This document shows, piece by piece, positions 40,984 to 52,756 of a stretch of 64,000 nt of DNA. The stretch is from assembly GCA_963810095.1 (NCBI GenBank), contig CAWEMM010000006.1:224001-288000 (forward strand), in the 5' to 3' direction. The notes below the pieces were generated by a model that had not been told where the DNA came from, ran no database searches, and saw only the letters and a program-made list of their open reading frames with translations. Position 1 is the stretch's first letter, and each line of letters begins with the position of its first letter. This stretch comes from an uncultured Chloroflexia bacterium (GTDB lineage: Bacteria; Chloroflexota; Anaerolineae; CG2-30-64-16). The position numbers were made by a program, and so were the translations under genes.

Positions 40984-42259
40984 CTACCGGTCCATAATCA
41001 CGGCCACGTGGTCGCCGGCCGGTATCCCGTTGCTGTTCAGCGGCACCTCGACCACCCCTTCCGAGCGCACCAGGGTGAAAATGAGGTTGGACTTGCCAAA
41101 GACGGGCACCGCCCAGGTTTCGCCCGCCCGCTCCTCCAGCCGCACCCGGACAAAGTCTGCTCGGCCGCTGGCCGCAGGGATGTTCCGAGCGAGCCGCGCC
41201 GTCACAACGTGGGCAGCGTGGGGGTCGCGCACCTAGCATCAGCTGAATCGTCGGCACGACGAAGAACTTGAAGATGTTGATGCAGGAAACCGGGTTGCCA
41301 GGCAGGCCAAAAACCGGCTTGCCGTCGCACAAGGCCAGGATGGTGGGCTTTCCGGGCCGGATGGCCACCCCGTGGACGAGCACGCCCGGCAGTCCCAGTT
41401 TGTTGATCGCGCCGGCCGTCAGATCCCGGTAGCTGACCGAGCTTCCCGCCGTAACGACCACAAGGTCTGAGTCGCGATAGGCCTGCTGCACGACCGCGTC
41501 GATGCCGGCCTCGGTATCGGGCGCGATCGGGTAGTTCTGTGGGATGCCGCCGGCCTCCTGCACCAACCCCGCCAGCGTGTAGCTGTTAATATCGCGCACC
41601 TGGCCCGGCCCGGGCTCCTGTTCGGGTGGCACCACCTCGTCGCCCTGGCTGACGATGCCCACCCGCGGGCGCCGCGCTACCAGCACCTCCGTGATCCCCA
41701 CGGCCACGAGTCCGCCGATGTCCTGTGGCCTCAGCGTCTGCCCTGCTTCAAGGACCACGTCCCCGGCCCGGATATCCTCGCCCGGATAAATGCACGCGTC
41801 GCCGGCCGCGACGGGACGGTACACTTCCAACGCGTACGGCTCGAAACCCGGCTGGAGCGCGCGGCCGCCGAACATCGGCCCGCCTGCCCGGTGCGTCTGC
41901 TCGATCATCACGACCGCGTCCGCGCCCCGCGGCACCATGCCGCCCGTGTGGACGAGCGCAGCCTGGCCCGGCCCGATCACGAAATCGACGAGTTGGCCCA
42001 TCGGCGCTTCGGCCACGACGTCCAGATAGGCCGGCATGCCTGTCGATGCGCCATGCGTGTCGGCGGCGGAAACAGCGTAGCCGTCGACGGTGCTACGGAC
42101 GAACGTGGGAAGATCGTGCGGCGCTGTCGCGTCCTGGGCCAGCACTCGATGGAGCGCCCCGAACACCCGCATGGGCTCGGCAGTCGGCCGCGGGTCATAC
42201 TTCTCCCGGAACACGGCCCAGGCCGCTTCACCGGTCAGGAGGTTCAGAAACTCTGTCAT
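40984..42259 (-). CDS. moeA: Molybdopterin molybdotransferase MoeA (frame break near 41230)
   Basis: RSTVDGYA, TGGMVPRGADAVVMIE, SQGDE, IRPGKP, GLPGNPVS. Confidence 0.92.
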
Positions 42260-42262
42260 AGC

Positions 42263-43061
42263 TTAGCGCACGCCGCTCAATCCGGCTGCCAGGCCCCCGA
42301 CGACCATTGTCAGGAGAACCAGCGCCACCACGGTCAGAAGCAACACGACCGGTGCAAAGACGGCCACAAGCGCACGCCCCGCCGAAAGCCGGTGGCTCAC
42401 GCCGGTCGCCACTGCGTAAATCACGATCCCCCAGATCAGCGCCACCGTGCCCAGGATGGGACCCGCAACGGGAACTCCCGCAAAGATGTCCAGGACGTGG
42501 GGCACGGCGAAGAAGGCGGTCGCGCCGAAGAAGCCGTGCAGAGTGCCGCGACCGCCCAGCAGCTTCGCAGCCAGCATGACCCAGATCCCGTACCCCAACC
42601 ACGTGCCGAGTGCGGCGGCAGCCAGCGGTACGGGGCTGCTGGCGAAAGGCCGTGACAGCCAGTGGCCGAGCCCGATGAACGCGCGGGCTAGCGGTCGCGG
42701 GAGCGCGGTGGGCAGGCGGTCGATTTGGGCGGCGAGCGAGCCCACCATCGCCGCGTTACCCTCCGCCATCTGCACCGCCTGATCGATCATGGCCGGCGGG
42801 CAGCCCCGAGTTCTGCAGCCAGGGCCGCAGGATGTCAAGCGTGGCCGCCGTGCCCGGCTCAAGCTCGCTCGGTTCGACCGCCGCGGGATACTGGAAGCCG
42901 CGGACAATCTCGCCTGCGAGGACGGGCAGTCCGGCGACCAGCGCGACCGCGATCAGCACCGTGAACCCACGGAACATGGCGTCGCGGCGGTCGGCCACCC
43001 GGGCGAGGCTGGCGCCGCGGAGCAGAAGTGCATCGAGAAGATCACGAAGCCAGGCCCTCAT
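42263..43061 (-). CDS. Yip1-like membrane protein (frame break near 42790)
   Basis: TM helices with AKLLGGRG motif; paralogous to the upstream gene. Confidence 0.6.
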
Positions 43062-43064
43062 CGC

Positions 43065-43781
43065 TCACCTCCCCGCAACCAGCGCGACGACCAATGCCAG
43101 CATCAGCCCCAGTGCTAGCGAGACGATGAGATAGACCAGGTAGGGCAGCAAGGTCGCCGCCAGCGAGCGACCCCACGGCAGCGCATGGGCCGAACGTACC
43201 GCCTTATAACGTAGGAGCAGCTGCCAGGTGTTGAGCACGCCCCCGATCACCAGGAACGGCACGATACTCAGACCATGGAAGAGGAATGGCGTAAAGGAAA
43301 GCGAGATCACGCCCAGCGAGCTGCGCAGTGAAGCCCGGCCGCCTAACCAGCGGGCAAAGCCGTGCGCCAGCAGCCCGTACACCAGCCAGCTCAGGAGCAG
43401 CCAGATTGGCCAGACGAGCAGGTTGAGCGCGGCACGGGCGGGGTCGGGCGCGCCAAACAACGACGGAAAGACCTGCCAGCCGGCATCCCAGATACGCTGG
43501 AACACCGCCAGCACCTGTGGGTTGCTGCCGATGGCAGGCCACCAGGGTTGTTGCTGAAGCCCGTTCAAGACAACGTCGCGGATCGCCGTCATCTGGGGCA
43601 CGCTGCCCCACGCCAAAACCTGGCCGACGAGCGCCAACACGGCTGAAATGAGGCCAATGAGCACAAGCAGGAACAGGGCCTCGACAATCGGGTCGTCGTC
43701 GTCGCGCAGTTCGTCGAAAGCTTCACTATCTAGGAAGAGCGCCCGGAACACCAGGGCGAGCGAAAGGGTACGATGGCCCAT
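43065..43781 (-). CDS. Yip1-like membrane protein
   Basis: RALFLD, HGFARWLGGRA, AVRSAHALPWGR; about 5 TM helices. Confidence 0.65.
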   Translation of the reverse strand: MGHRTLSLALVFRALFLDSEAFDELRDDDDPIVEALFLLVLIGLISAVLALVGQVLAWGSVPQMTAIRDVVLNGLQQQPWWPAIGSNPQVLAVFQRIWDAGWQVFPSLFGAPDPARAALNLLVWPIWLLLSWLVYGLLAHGFARWLGGRASLRSSLGVISLSFTPFLFHGLSIVPFLVIGGVLNTWQLLLRYKAVRSAHALPWGRSLAATLLPYLVYLIVSLALGLMLALVVALVAGR

Positions 43782-43922
43782 GCGCAGTTAACCTCCCTGT
43801 GGCGCCAGCCAGACACGTCAAAACCGCAGCGAGCGGTGCTCTGGAAGCTGACCGCCCGGTGCGGCAGTATAGCACAAACGAAACCGCCGGGCCAGCGTGT
43901 CAGCTGATCCGGCGGCCTGGAA

Positions 43923-43949
43923 CCCCTACAGCGGAGTCCGCTGTAGGGG
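43923..43949. repeat. Perfect palindrome (REP-like or terminator-like hairpin)
   Basis: CCCCTACAGCGGA-G-TCCGCTGTAGGGG. Confidence 0.7.
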
Positions 43950-44095
43950 CACAGTCATAACGGGGCCGTCTTGCTCGCACCTTGCCCCTGGTCCCGCAAG
44001 GCGGCCCCGTTCTAACTCAATTGTCTTTACCCGCGGCGTACGCCTCAGCAGCGCCGTCTAGGGACGCGGCGTGCGGCTCGGCATCGGGGGCGGCG

Positions 44096-45322
44096 TCACA
44101 GTGCCCAGGTTCGCGGGGCGAAGACGGTAATCCGGGCCGCGAGGACGCTGCCATCCGCCCGCTTGATCCCGCCGCCGGCAGCCCACGCCCCGACCTTGGG
44201 CGCAGCGCCGAACAACTGGGTCTTCTCGTCGACCACGACCTTCTGGTCGCCGATCAGCCACTCGCCCAGCTTGCCCTCGGCCGGAAGGGCCTTGACCTCA
44301 CCGCGGAAGGAAGCGAACTCGCCGCCCTCCTGCGGGCTCTCCAGCACGGTGACCTCGCTCGCGACGAACTGACCTGCCCACGGCCACGCGACCACATGCA
44401 CGGTCGCCCCGACCATCAGCAACCCCTTCTCCTGGTGGATGCGGGTGTTCGGCATGAGGACGACCTTGTAGGTCTCGGCCGGCTCGGTCGACTCGATCGT
44501 CAGCAGGCGCGGCATGCGCGCATCGAGCGTCGTGATGGCCGTCACCTTGCCCGTGATCTCGGTCGTGAGCGCCGTGCGATCCGTCCACGCCACACGCAGC
44601 ACGGTCGCCTGGAGCGTATTGTCCTCCTGCTGTTCCGCGGCCGCATGCGCGATCAGCCCGACAACCGGCTTACCCGAGATCAGGGTGCCGTCCTGTTTGC
44701 CAGCCGCGGATTCGGGCTTGATATTCAGCTTGATGCTGCTGATCACCCAGTAGGTATCGGCCACTTCCTGGATTTCGCCGGACACCGTAACCGCGTCCTG
44801 GTCGCCAATCGCCAGGATCTGCTGCGCAGTGAGAACGCCGGCGTCCTCGGTCATCACCGCTTCGACCCACTTCCCGACGGCAATATCGCCCGTCCGCGAG
44901 CTGACCTTGGTGTCGGCAGTTGCTTTCACCGTGACGCCCGCGATGACCCAATCACCTGCAGTGCCTTCAGCCGGCTTGGCCGAGAGAATACCGCGCAGGC
45001 GCACCTGTTCTTTCCGGACCGTAATCTGGCGGGCCTGAAGCGAGCCGTCCGCCAGCTTCTTGGCGGCTACATCGGCCCAGAGGCCGGGGGTAACTGGCTC
45101 GACGAAGCGGATGACCACGGTTGTAGCGTCAGTGGTGAGTGTCTGGCCGCCGATGACCCACGGCTGCGTGTCAGTTCCGACCGTCTCAACCACGCCGGTG
45201 AACCGGACGTCAAAGCCAAGTTCAAGGGCCGCCGCAGGCGCCGCAGGCGCCAGGATCATGGCTGCAAGGGCGAAGACCGCGACTGCAATCATGACAGTGC
45301 GCGAAAACTTCCTAGGTAACAT
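44096..45322 (-). CDS. Secreted protein with about 5 repeated DUF5666-like (OB-fold-like) domains
   Basis: Signal peptide; repeated F-x-G-x-V...W-x-I-x-G...T...A-x-x-I units; GGAGG SD. Confidence 0.7.
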   Translation of the reverse strand: MLPRKFSRTVMIAVAVFALAAMILAPAAPAAALELGFDVRFTGVVETVGTDTQPWVIGGQTLTTDATTVVIRFVEPVTPGLWADVAAKKLADGSLQARQITVRKEQVRLRGILSAKPAEGTAGDWVIAGVTVKATADTKVSSRTGDIAVGKWVEAVMTEDAGVLTAQQILAIGDQDAVTVSGEIQEVADTYWVISSIKLNIKPESAAGKQDGTLISGKPVVGLIAHAAAEQQEDNTLQATVLRVAWTDRTALTTEITGKVTAITTLDARMPRLLTIESTEPAETYKVVLMPNTRIHQEKGLLMVGATVHVVAWPWAGQFVASEVTVLESPQEGGEFASFRGEVKALPAEGKLGEWLIGDQKVVVDEKTQLFGAAPKVGAWAAGGGIKRADGSVLAARITVFAPRTWAL

Positions 45323-45400
45323 TCTGATTCCTCCAGTTATCACTGCTCTGCCAGTCGCCAGCAGCACCTGGTATCGTCCCAGTTGCGAGACGGGCCCGCC

Positions 45401-45449
45401 TGTGAGCACAGCATAGCTGTGTGAGCACAGCGTGCTGTGTGAACACAGC
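45401..45449. repeat. Three tandem TGTGA(G/A)CACAGC mini-palindromes
   Basis: Copies at 45401, 45420 and 45438; GCTGTG-N4-CACAGC hairpins. Confidence 0.75.
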
Positions 45450-45571
45450 GTGACGCGTTTGCCTGGCGATCTGTCTTCCCGGCCCGCCTGAAACCGGGGT
45501 CCCCCGCGCCTCGCGAATCTCGCAGAAACGTCGGGAGTCGGAGCGTAAGTACTTCACCGCTCACGTGGCGA

Positions 45572-47140
45572 TCACCGAGTAACGGGTGGCGTTACCTCGG
45601 AGGTCGCGGTCGGTTGGATGGGGGTGGGTGTGGCAGGCGCTCCACCCGCATCACTTGGGGTCGGCGTATCAGTCCGCTGGCGCCGGGGCGTTTGAGTCGG
45701 CGCGGGCGTCGAGCCCTGCGTCGGTCGCACCGGGACCTCAACCGTCGCCGTCAGGGTCGCCCGGATGTCGGGCCGAGACGTAGCTGTAGGCGCGGGCGTG
45801 AACGTCGCCCAGATCACCGTCGCCGTCGGCACTCTTGTGAGGACCGGCCGCGGCGTCAAAGTCGGCACGACAAGCGTTGGCACAACCAGGGTCGGGGTGG
45901 GTGGCATCCACCAAACCGTCGGCGTGGGCGTGTCAAAGGAGGCCTGGCCCGGCGTAGCCGTCGGTACCTCGGGCGTGAACCACAGCGTCGGCAGCACCAC
46001 GATCGGCGTCGGCGGCACAGTCGGAATGACAGGCGTCACCGGCGGCATGGGCAGCGTCGGCCGTTGCCGCGGCGTGAGGATGGGCGGCACAACCGATAAG
46101 GTGGCACGCGGCCGCAGCGTTGCGTGCGGTCGGGGGGTGCCTTCCCCGATACCTGGTCCGCCCGGCGTCAATGTCATGCCGGCCGGCGGCGTCACGCTGA
46201 GACGCGGCCGCGGTCGGAGCGTTACGGTCGCTGCCGGCGTTTGCACAGCCCCCGTTGGAAGCGGAACGACGACGGGTGGTGCGACGGGCGTAGGCGTCTT
46301 TACTACGACGACGGTCGGCAGGACCACCGTTACGGCTGCACCCGGCCTTGGGGTCGAAGTTGCGACGGGTCGGGTCGCGCTTGGCAGTACCGTCGGGGTG
46401 CTAACGAGCCGGTTCACCTCGCCCGCCGGGCCGCCTGCCAACAGCTGCGCCCGAGACGCGGCCGTGCGCAGCAGTTCTGCCACTTCGGGATCGCCGGCCC
46501 GGGCTGCCAGCCGCAGGAGTGCTTCCGCATGGCCCGCGACGCGCGCTGCGACGCGCTCGCGCTCGGCTTCGCTGAGACCGGCCGCACGTTGCACGGCCGC
46601 TTCGTCGCTGCTCAGCAGCGCGGCAAGCGCAGCGTAACCGCGGTCTTGATGACGAGTAACATCTGAGAGGCGCCGGTCCGCAGCAGCTAACTCAGCTGCC
46701 GCCCGCCGCGCCGGGTTGGTCTGCACCAGGGCCGGTGCGCGTTCCACTGCCACTCGCACCGGATAGGCGAAGTCGCCGGGCTGACTGGCCGCGACGGTCG
46801 TGAAGGCCACGGTCACAAAGAGCAGAAGCGCCACCATTACCGCCAGCGGCGCCACCCGCAACCGCGCCCAACTCACGATGCCGAGCGCGTGCCTGCTGCG
46901 CTCGCGCTGTGCCCGTTGGACCGCCAACTCCTCACGCAGGGCGACCTTAGCACGCAGACGCTGTCCCTCGGTCAGGCGGGCCTGTGAGAACGCGGCGAGT
47001 TGCTCGGCGGCCGAAAGGATCGGCCCGAGTTCTTCCGCGGCCTCCGGGTAGAGAGCAAGGCAATCTGCGATGCTCTCCCCGCGGGCAAGCCGTTCCAGGC
47101 AGTCATCCGTAATTCTCGTCAGGTCCATGTGCGACTTCAT
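45572..47140 (-). CDS. Putative anti-sigma factor (DUF5667-like) with TM helix and long Pro/Thr-rich tail
   Basis: DDCLERL...CLALYP...EL N-terminus; TM helix; SQPGDFAYPVRVAVE; overlaps the ECF sigma stop. Confidence 0.7.
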   Translation of the reverse strand: MKSHMDLTRITDDCLERLARGESIADCLALYPEAAEELGPILSAAEQLAAFSQARLTEGQRLRAKVALREELAVQRAQRERSRHALGIVSWARLRVAPLAVMVALLLFVTVAFTTVAASQPGDFAYPVRVAVERAPALVQTNPARRAAAELAAADRRLSDVTRHQDRGYAALAALLSSDEAAVQRAAGLSEAERERVAARVAGHAEALLRLAARAGDPEVAELLRTAASRAQLLAGGPAGEVNRLVSTPTVLPSATRPVATSTPRPGAAVTVVLPTVVVVKTPTPVAPPVVVPLPTGAVQTPAATVTLRPRPRLSVTPPAGMTLTPGGPGIGEGTPRPHATLRPRATLSVVPPILTPRQRPTLPMPPVTPVIPTVPPTPIVVLPTLWFTPEVPTATPGQASFDTPTPTVWWMPPTPTLVVPTLVVPTLTPRPVLTRVPTATVIWATFTPAPTATSRPDIRATLTATVEVPVRPTQGSTPAPTQTPRRQRTDTPTPSDAGGAPATPTPIQPTATSEVTPPVTR

Positions 47141-47787
47141 CGCCCAGATTCCGATTGGCCCTGGCCCCCGCCGGCCAGGTTCCCGACCGTCCGATTTGCA
47201 TCGGTCGAGTCTCCCGCAACGCCCAGCAGCCTACCCAAAGCCTGCAAGGCACGGTGCTGTAGTGACTTAACGGCGCCTTCCGATTTGCCCAGCCATGCCG
47301 CCACCTCTGCGTTGCTCATGTCTTCGCCAAACTTGGCGAGAATCACGAGGCGCTGTTCTTCGCTCAGGCCTTGCATCGCCCGCTGCAGTCGGGCGAACGT
47401 CTCCTTTTGCTCGGCCATGCGCTGCGGGCTGGGCTCGACGGCAGGTAAGCGCAAATCCTCAGTGAGGCTGACTTGCGGCGCGCGCTGGGCCTGCCGGTGA
47501 TGGTCCGTGATCAGGTTGGCGGCGATGCGATAGAGCCAGGCGCTGAAGGAAGCCGCCGGTCGCCGCTCGTTCAGCCGGAACGAACCCATGTGTCTGATCA
47601 CCCGAACAAACAACTCCGTGTTGAGATCTGAGGCCACCTCCGGGTCGCCGACCCGCGCCAGCATGTAGCGGTACAGCCGGTCGGCATAGAGATCATAGAG
47701 CGTTTCGACGGCAGCCGCCTCACCTCGCTGGCACTGGGGCAGCAACGAGATGATCTGCTCGTCGGTTATCGCTGGTTGCATGGCCAT
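47137..47787 (-). CDS. ECF-type RNA polymerase sigma factor
   Basis: Region 2 FSAWLYRIAANLITDHHR; region 4 SNAEVAAWLGKSEGAVKSLQHRAL. Confidence 0.92.
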   Translation of the reverse strand: MAMQPAITDEQIISLLPQCQRGEAAAVETLYDLYADRLYRYMLARVGDPEVASDLNTELFVRVIRHMGSFRLNERRPAASFSAWLYRIAANLITDHHRQAQRAPQVSLTEDLRLPAVEPSPQRMAEQKETFARLQRAMQGLSEEQRLVILAKFGEDMSNAEVAAWLGKSEGAVKSLQHRALQALGRLLGVAGDSTDANRTVGNLAGGGQGQSESGR

Positions 47788-47798
47788 GCCCGATCTAA

Positions 47799-50485
47799 TC
47801 AACGGAAGTTTTGTCCGGAAGGTTCGCGTTTATGCGTTGCGTTTTGTGATTTTTCGGCATCCCGGGCGATAGCCCAGGCCGCGGCTTCTTCGTCTTCCCG
47901 GCTGTGAAGCGATCCGTCCAGGCGGCCGGCGCGCAGACGCTCGAGCACCTGGCGATAAATCCGGCCGGGCGGCAGGCCCATTGCCCGCAAATCATTCCCC
48001 GTCAACACGGGCTGAACGTGCCGCCAGCGCCGTTGGTAGCTGTCTAGCCGCTGGCGCACCAACCAATCATCGGACGCCACGCGGAGCACAAGCCGGGCGG
48101 CTTCGCTGGATTCGTCGAGAATCGCGACGACGTCGCTGGGACGAGCGCCGTTCTGCTTTAGCTCGTCCACTTTCCGCATGAGGAGGCGAACTTCAAGGAC
48201 CAGGTCGCGATACGTTTTCCGCAGGTGGAGGCGGTCCAGCACCTCCATTGTAGCCTCTTGTGTCGACCCGTACAAAAGCAGTGCAAGGTAAAGGGGCGGC
48301 GTGTCGCTCGCACTGATGGACATCGGCGGCGGCGCGACGCTTGCCGGACTCGCGACGGCGGTCAGCGCGGTGCGCAACTCCCCGGACTTCTCCACAAACC
48401 ACGTGTCGCAGCGCAGCGCCGGGTGCAGCTTGCCCAGCACGCCCAGTTGATGTAGTCGGCAGAGCGCGCGCTCCGGCTCACTTTCCGCCAGGATCAACTC
48501 GAGCTCGTGCCTGATCCGCTCGGGACTCACGCGGTCGAGCAGGGCCAGCGCGTCCGCAATCAGCTCCTCGGTGCGCGACTCGATCGCGAACCCGAAGCGC
48601 TGCTCGAATCGCGCCGCACGGAGCATGCGAGTGGGGTCCTCCACGAAGCTCAAGCTGTGAAGCGCGCGGATGATTCCGTCGTCCAGGTCCTTGCGTCCGC
48701 CGTAGAAGTCCAGCAGCTCACCCCACCGGTCGGGGGTCAGGCGCACGGCGAGCGTGTTGATGGTGAAGTCGCGGCGGTGCAGGTCCTGCTTGATGCTGCT
48801 CCGTTCCACCGTCGGCAGCGCGGTCGGGTGTTCATAGAACTCGGTACGCGCCGTGACAAAATCGAGCGATTCGGGCAGGCCGGGAGCCTGCGCCAACAGC
48901 TCCTCCGGCAAAATCCACTTCGCAGTGCCGAACCGGCGGTGGCTGCGCAGACGGCCACCGACCCGGTGCACAAGCTCCTGAGTCAGGCGAATGCCGTCCC
49001 CTTCGACCACCAGGTCCACGTCGAAGTTAGGTTGATCGAGGAGCAGATCGCGCACGAAGCCGCCCACCGCGTAGAGCGGATAGCCCAGCTCGTGGGCGGC
49101 AGCGCCGGCCCGCTTCAGCAGATCCAACAAGGAAGCCGGCAAGGTTTCGGCCATAAGACCCGCGAGCGATTCGGCCTTGCGCACGGTGGGCGTGGCCCAC
49201 TGCTTGATCAGGTCGGTACGGGTGACGATGCCCAGGAGTGCGTCGGTGTCGGGGTCCAAGACCGGCACCTGGCCCCAATCGTGCTCCGTCATCACCCGGC
49301 GCAGCTCGCTCACCGGGTCGTCGGGTGTGACGAAGACTTCGCCGGGGCGCATGTAGCGACTCACGAGGTGCTTGTCCAAGCCGTGATGCAGCGCGCGGTC
49401 GATCTCCCTGCGGGTCAGCATGCCCACGATGCGCCCGTCTTCGACGACGGGGAAACCCTCGAACCCATAGCGGCGCATGCGTTCCGCCGCGACTGCGATC
49501 GTGTCGGAAGGCTCCAGCGTCTGGGGCGCGCCGTAAGACATGATCTGGCCGACCGTCACGCTCGGGCGGATCGCGCCTTGCAGGTGATAGACCAGGGATT
49601 CGTAGACGCCCCAAAGCGGCGTATCGCGGACCAGGGCAGCCGCGGCACGGTTGTGCCCGCCTCCGCCAAAGGCGGACGCAATTTTGCCTACGTCGACCGC
49701 TTCGCTGCTCGAGCGCGCGACCAACTGGATGTAGTCACGCATTTCGACCAAGATAAACAACGCATCAGGCTCGTACAGGTCACGGAGCTTATGGGTCAGC
49801 GTAGAAATCTCGTCGACCGGTTTGGCGACGCGCGCACTGGCAATAATGACCGAATGGCCGTTAAACTGGTAGGGCTGGCTGTTGTCGGCCAACTGCTGGA
49901 ACAAGTCACGCTGCTCGTCGGTCAGCGGGTGGTTGAGGAACTTGTCGACCACGAGCAGGTTGGCCCCGCGCTCGAGCAACCAGGCGGCCGCCCGCATATC
50001 GCGGGCCGTCGTCGTCTGGTACACCAGGCCGCCGGTATCTTCGTAGATCCCCAGTGTGAGCAGAGTCGCCTCGACCGGGGTCAGCGCGACGCCCTGCTCT
50101 GCGAGCCGCTCGACCAACAGAGTGGACGTGGCGCCGACGACCTCACCCGAGAAGGAGTAGTTCGAAGGCAGCTCGCGGCCGAGTGGGTGATGGTCGATGA
50201 TCTGGATCGACGTCGGAGGGCTCATCCCACGGATCGGTTGCACCGTCTGCGTGTCAACCAGGATCACGTTGTCGATGCGGCGCTTGGGCAGGTCGTCGAG
50301 CCGCACAAATGGCAGCATCTCGGCGTACTCGGCCAGGAACGCCTCCAGGTTGCGGTTCATCTGGCGCGGCAGGACGGGGTCGCGTGGGGGAAGAGCCGCG
50401 CCGCGGCCAGCATGCTGGCGAGCGCGTCAAAATCCGTGTGCTCGTGCGTCAGGATGACGCTGACGGGCTGATTGGGAACGGCCAT
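47799..50485 (-). CDS. tRNA nucleotidyltransferase with N-terminal DHH and CBS domains (CCA- or A-adding; frame break near 50385)
   Basis: THEHTDFDA, IIDHH, GGGHNRAA, CBS pair, VGGFVRDLLL...DVD, DLHRRDFTIN, EDPTRMLRAARF. Confidence 0.92.
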
Positions 50486-50543
50486 TCGTTACATCCTGGA
50501 CCCCGGCGGCGCCGCCACCAGAGGTCAACCGCGGCACAAGACA

Positions 50544-50569
50544 AACGCCCGGCGCGGAGGCCGGGCGTT
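50544..50569 (-). terminator. Intrinsic terminator-like hairpin after the TraR/DksA gene
   Basis: AACGCCCGGC-N6-GCCGGGCGTT followed by a U-rich tract on the minus strand. Confidence 0.55.
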
Positions 50570-50594
50570 GGAAAAAACGGTTATAGGCGAAGGT

Positions 50595-50933
50595 CTAACG
50601 CCGGCGTTGAGCGCATTGACTGCACACGGTCGTGTGGCTTAGGACCGCGAGCCGTTCCGGTTCGATCGGCTTTCCACAACGTTCGCAAAGACCATAGATA
50701 CCCATCTTGAGCTGGGCCAGCGCCTCGTCGATCTCGGCCAGGTGTTGCTGGGCGCGCTCGCGCAGGGCCAGGTTGAACTCCCATTGATAGATCATGGGAT
50801 CACCCTCGCCCAATTCATAGTCGCCCTTGGTCTCGAGACGGCTATTAAGCTGTTCGAGATCTTGGAGCACCTCGGCGCGCTCGGCCTGCAGCCGCTCGCG
50901 CGCCTCGGCGATGGGATCTGGATTCTCGCTCAT
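50595..50933 (-). CDS. TraR/DksA C4 zinc-finger protein
   Basis: Coiled coil plus YGLCERCGKPIEPERL...CSQC. Confidence 0.88.
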   Translation of the reverse strand: MSENPDPIAEARERLQAERAEVLQDLEQLNSRLETKGDYELGEGDPMIYQWEFNLALRERAQQHLAEIDEALAQLKMGIYGLCERCGKPIEPERLAVLSHTTVCSQCAQRRR

Positions 50934-51039
50934 GTCTTCGTTTGCAGGTGCGGGTGCGCCGCACAAAGGCGACCCGCCCGCACCTGCTTCATGGACCGTG
51001 GTTGCACGGACGAAAGGTGACTGGAGGTCGAACTCAGCC

Positions 51040-52756
51040 TTACGCCGTCGCGTCCTCGTCGACCGCAGCCGCATCATCCTCAGGAGTCTCGGTCTCCGCT
51101 GGTGCTTCCTCGACCGCGTCGAGCGGCAGTCCGGATTCCTCGCCGCTCAGGGACTTCGGCTCGCCCGGCTCTTCTTCGGCAGTCAGTTCTTCGGCGACTT
51201 CGGCCTCGGGCTCGACAACCGCTGCGGGTTCTTCGACCGCTTCGGCCTCAGGCTCGACAACCGCTGCAAGCTCTTCGACTGCTTCGGCCTCGGGCTCGAC
51301 AACCTCTGCGGGCTCTTCGACCGCTTCGGCTTCAGGCTCGACAACCGCTGCGGGCTCCTGCGACCGCTTCGGCCTCGGGCTCGACAACCGCTGCGGGTTC
51401 TTCGACCGCTTCGGCCTCGGGCTCGACGTCGAACTCCTCTTCAGACGCGGGCGGCGCCTCGAAGACCTCAGTCTCGTCGAGGGCAAGCTCGTCGCCGACC
51501 ATGGCGAACTGATCCATCTCGGACTGCCCTTCAGGGGCAGCTTCCTGCGCCTGGGCGGCTGCTTCCGCCTCGGCGGCCTCAGCCTCGGCAGCCGCGGCCG
51601 CGTGCTTCTCCCGGTAGCTGGCGGCCCATTCGGACCACTCGCTCTCAGAGACGGCGCGCAGGCTCAGGCCGATGCGGCGGCGGTCCGGCTCGATGCGCAG
51701 CACGCGCAGGAGGAGCAGGTCGCCCGGCGAGACGAGGCTCTGCGGATGGTCCGGCCGGATGTCGGCCATCTCGGAAACATGGAGCAGGCCTTCGACGCCG
51801 CTGCGCAGGCGGACAAACGCGCCGAAATCGGTCACGCGGGTCACCACGGCCTCAACCAGCTGATTGGGCGTGTACAGCTCGTCGATGTGGCTCCACGGGT
51901 CGGGCTGGACGCGCTTGAGGCTCAGGCCGACGCGTTCGCGCTGCTTGTCGATCCGCAGCACCTTGACCTCGACCACCTGGCCGACCTTGAGCACCTCGCT
52001 CGGGTGCGCCACCGGGAACCAGGCCAGCTCGGAGATGTGCACCAGGCCGTCTGCCCCGCCGAGGTCGACGAACGCGCCGAACTCGGAAAGGCTGCGCACC
52101 GTGCCCTCACGCACCTCGCCCACCTGGATCTCGTCCAGGAGTTGCTTGCGGTGCTCGCGCTGCCAGCGGCGGCGGGCCGCCCGCTCCGACATGATCAGGC
52201 GGCGGCGCTTGCGGTCAACCTCGACGACCTTGACCGGGATGGTCTTGCCGACGAAGGTGGCCAGGTGCGCCTTGCGCTCTTCCGGCGACATCTCGCGCGG
52301 GAGCGAGGAGAGGTGCGACGCCGGGACAAAGCCGCGGAGCTTGCCAAATTCGACTTCGAGGCCGCCGGCATTGTGGCCGGTGACCCGGGCCTCGAACATC
52401 TCATTGGCTTCCATCTTCTCCTGTGCGACCAGCCAATCCTTCTCCTGGAGCGCACGAGACAGCGAGACGATGAGGTTGCCTTCCCGGTCCGAGGGCTGCA
52501 GGATGTACACCGGCCAGGACGTACCTTCCTGAACTTCCGCCAGCGTGGCCTTGTCCAACCGCGAAAGGTCGTTGGCCGGTACGATGGCTTCTCGCTTCAG
52601 GCCCAGGTCGATGACGACTTCCTGGGGACTGACCGAGATGACCGTGCCCTCGCGAATGTCGCCTCGCTGCGGCATGTCATACCCGCCCTGATCGAGCAGG
52701 GCCTGCATCGGGTGGACTTCCGCCGGCGGCTTGGTCGGTGGTAAAGACGTAGACAT
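51040..52756 (-). CDS. rpsA: 30S ribosomal protein S1 (4 S1 domains) with long acidic repeat tail (frame break near 51359)
   Basis: RGFVPASHL, FGAFVDLGGADGLVHISEL, FGAFVRL..GVEGLLHVSEM; GGAGG SD. Confidence 0.9.
51199..51427 (-). repeat. 42-bp tandem repeat (about 5.4 copies) encoding AVEEPAAVVEPEAE
   Basis: Units at 51199, 51241, 51283, 51325, 51368 and 51410 (partial). Confidence 0.9.

Noticed and set aside
51199-51427. 42-bp tandem repeat as CRISPR or an ncRNA array
   Set aside because: No spacers; the unit is a codon multiple encoding the RpsA acidic tail.
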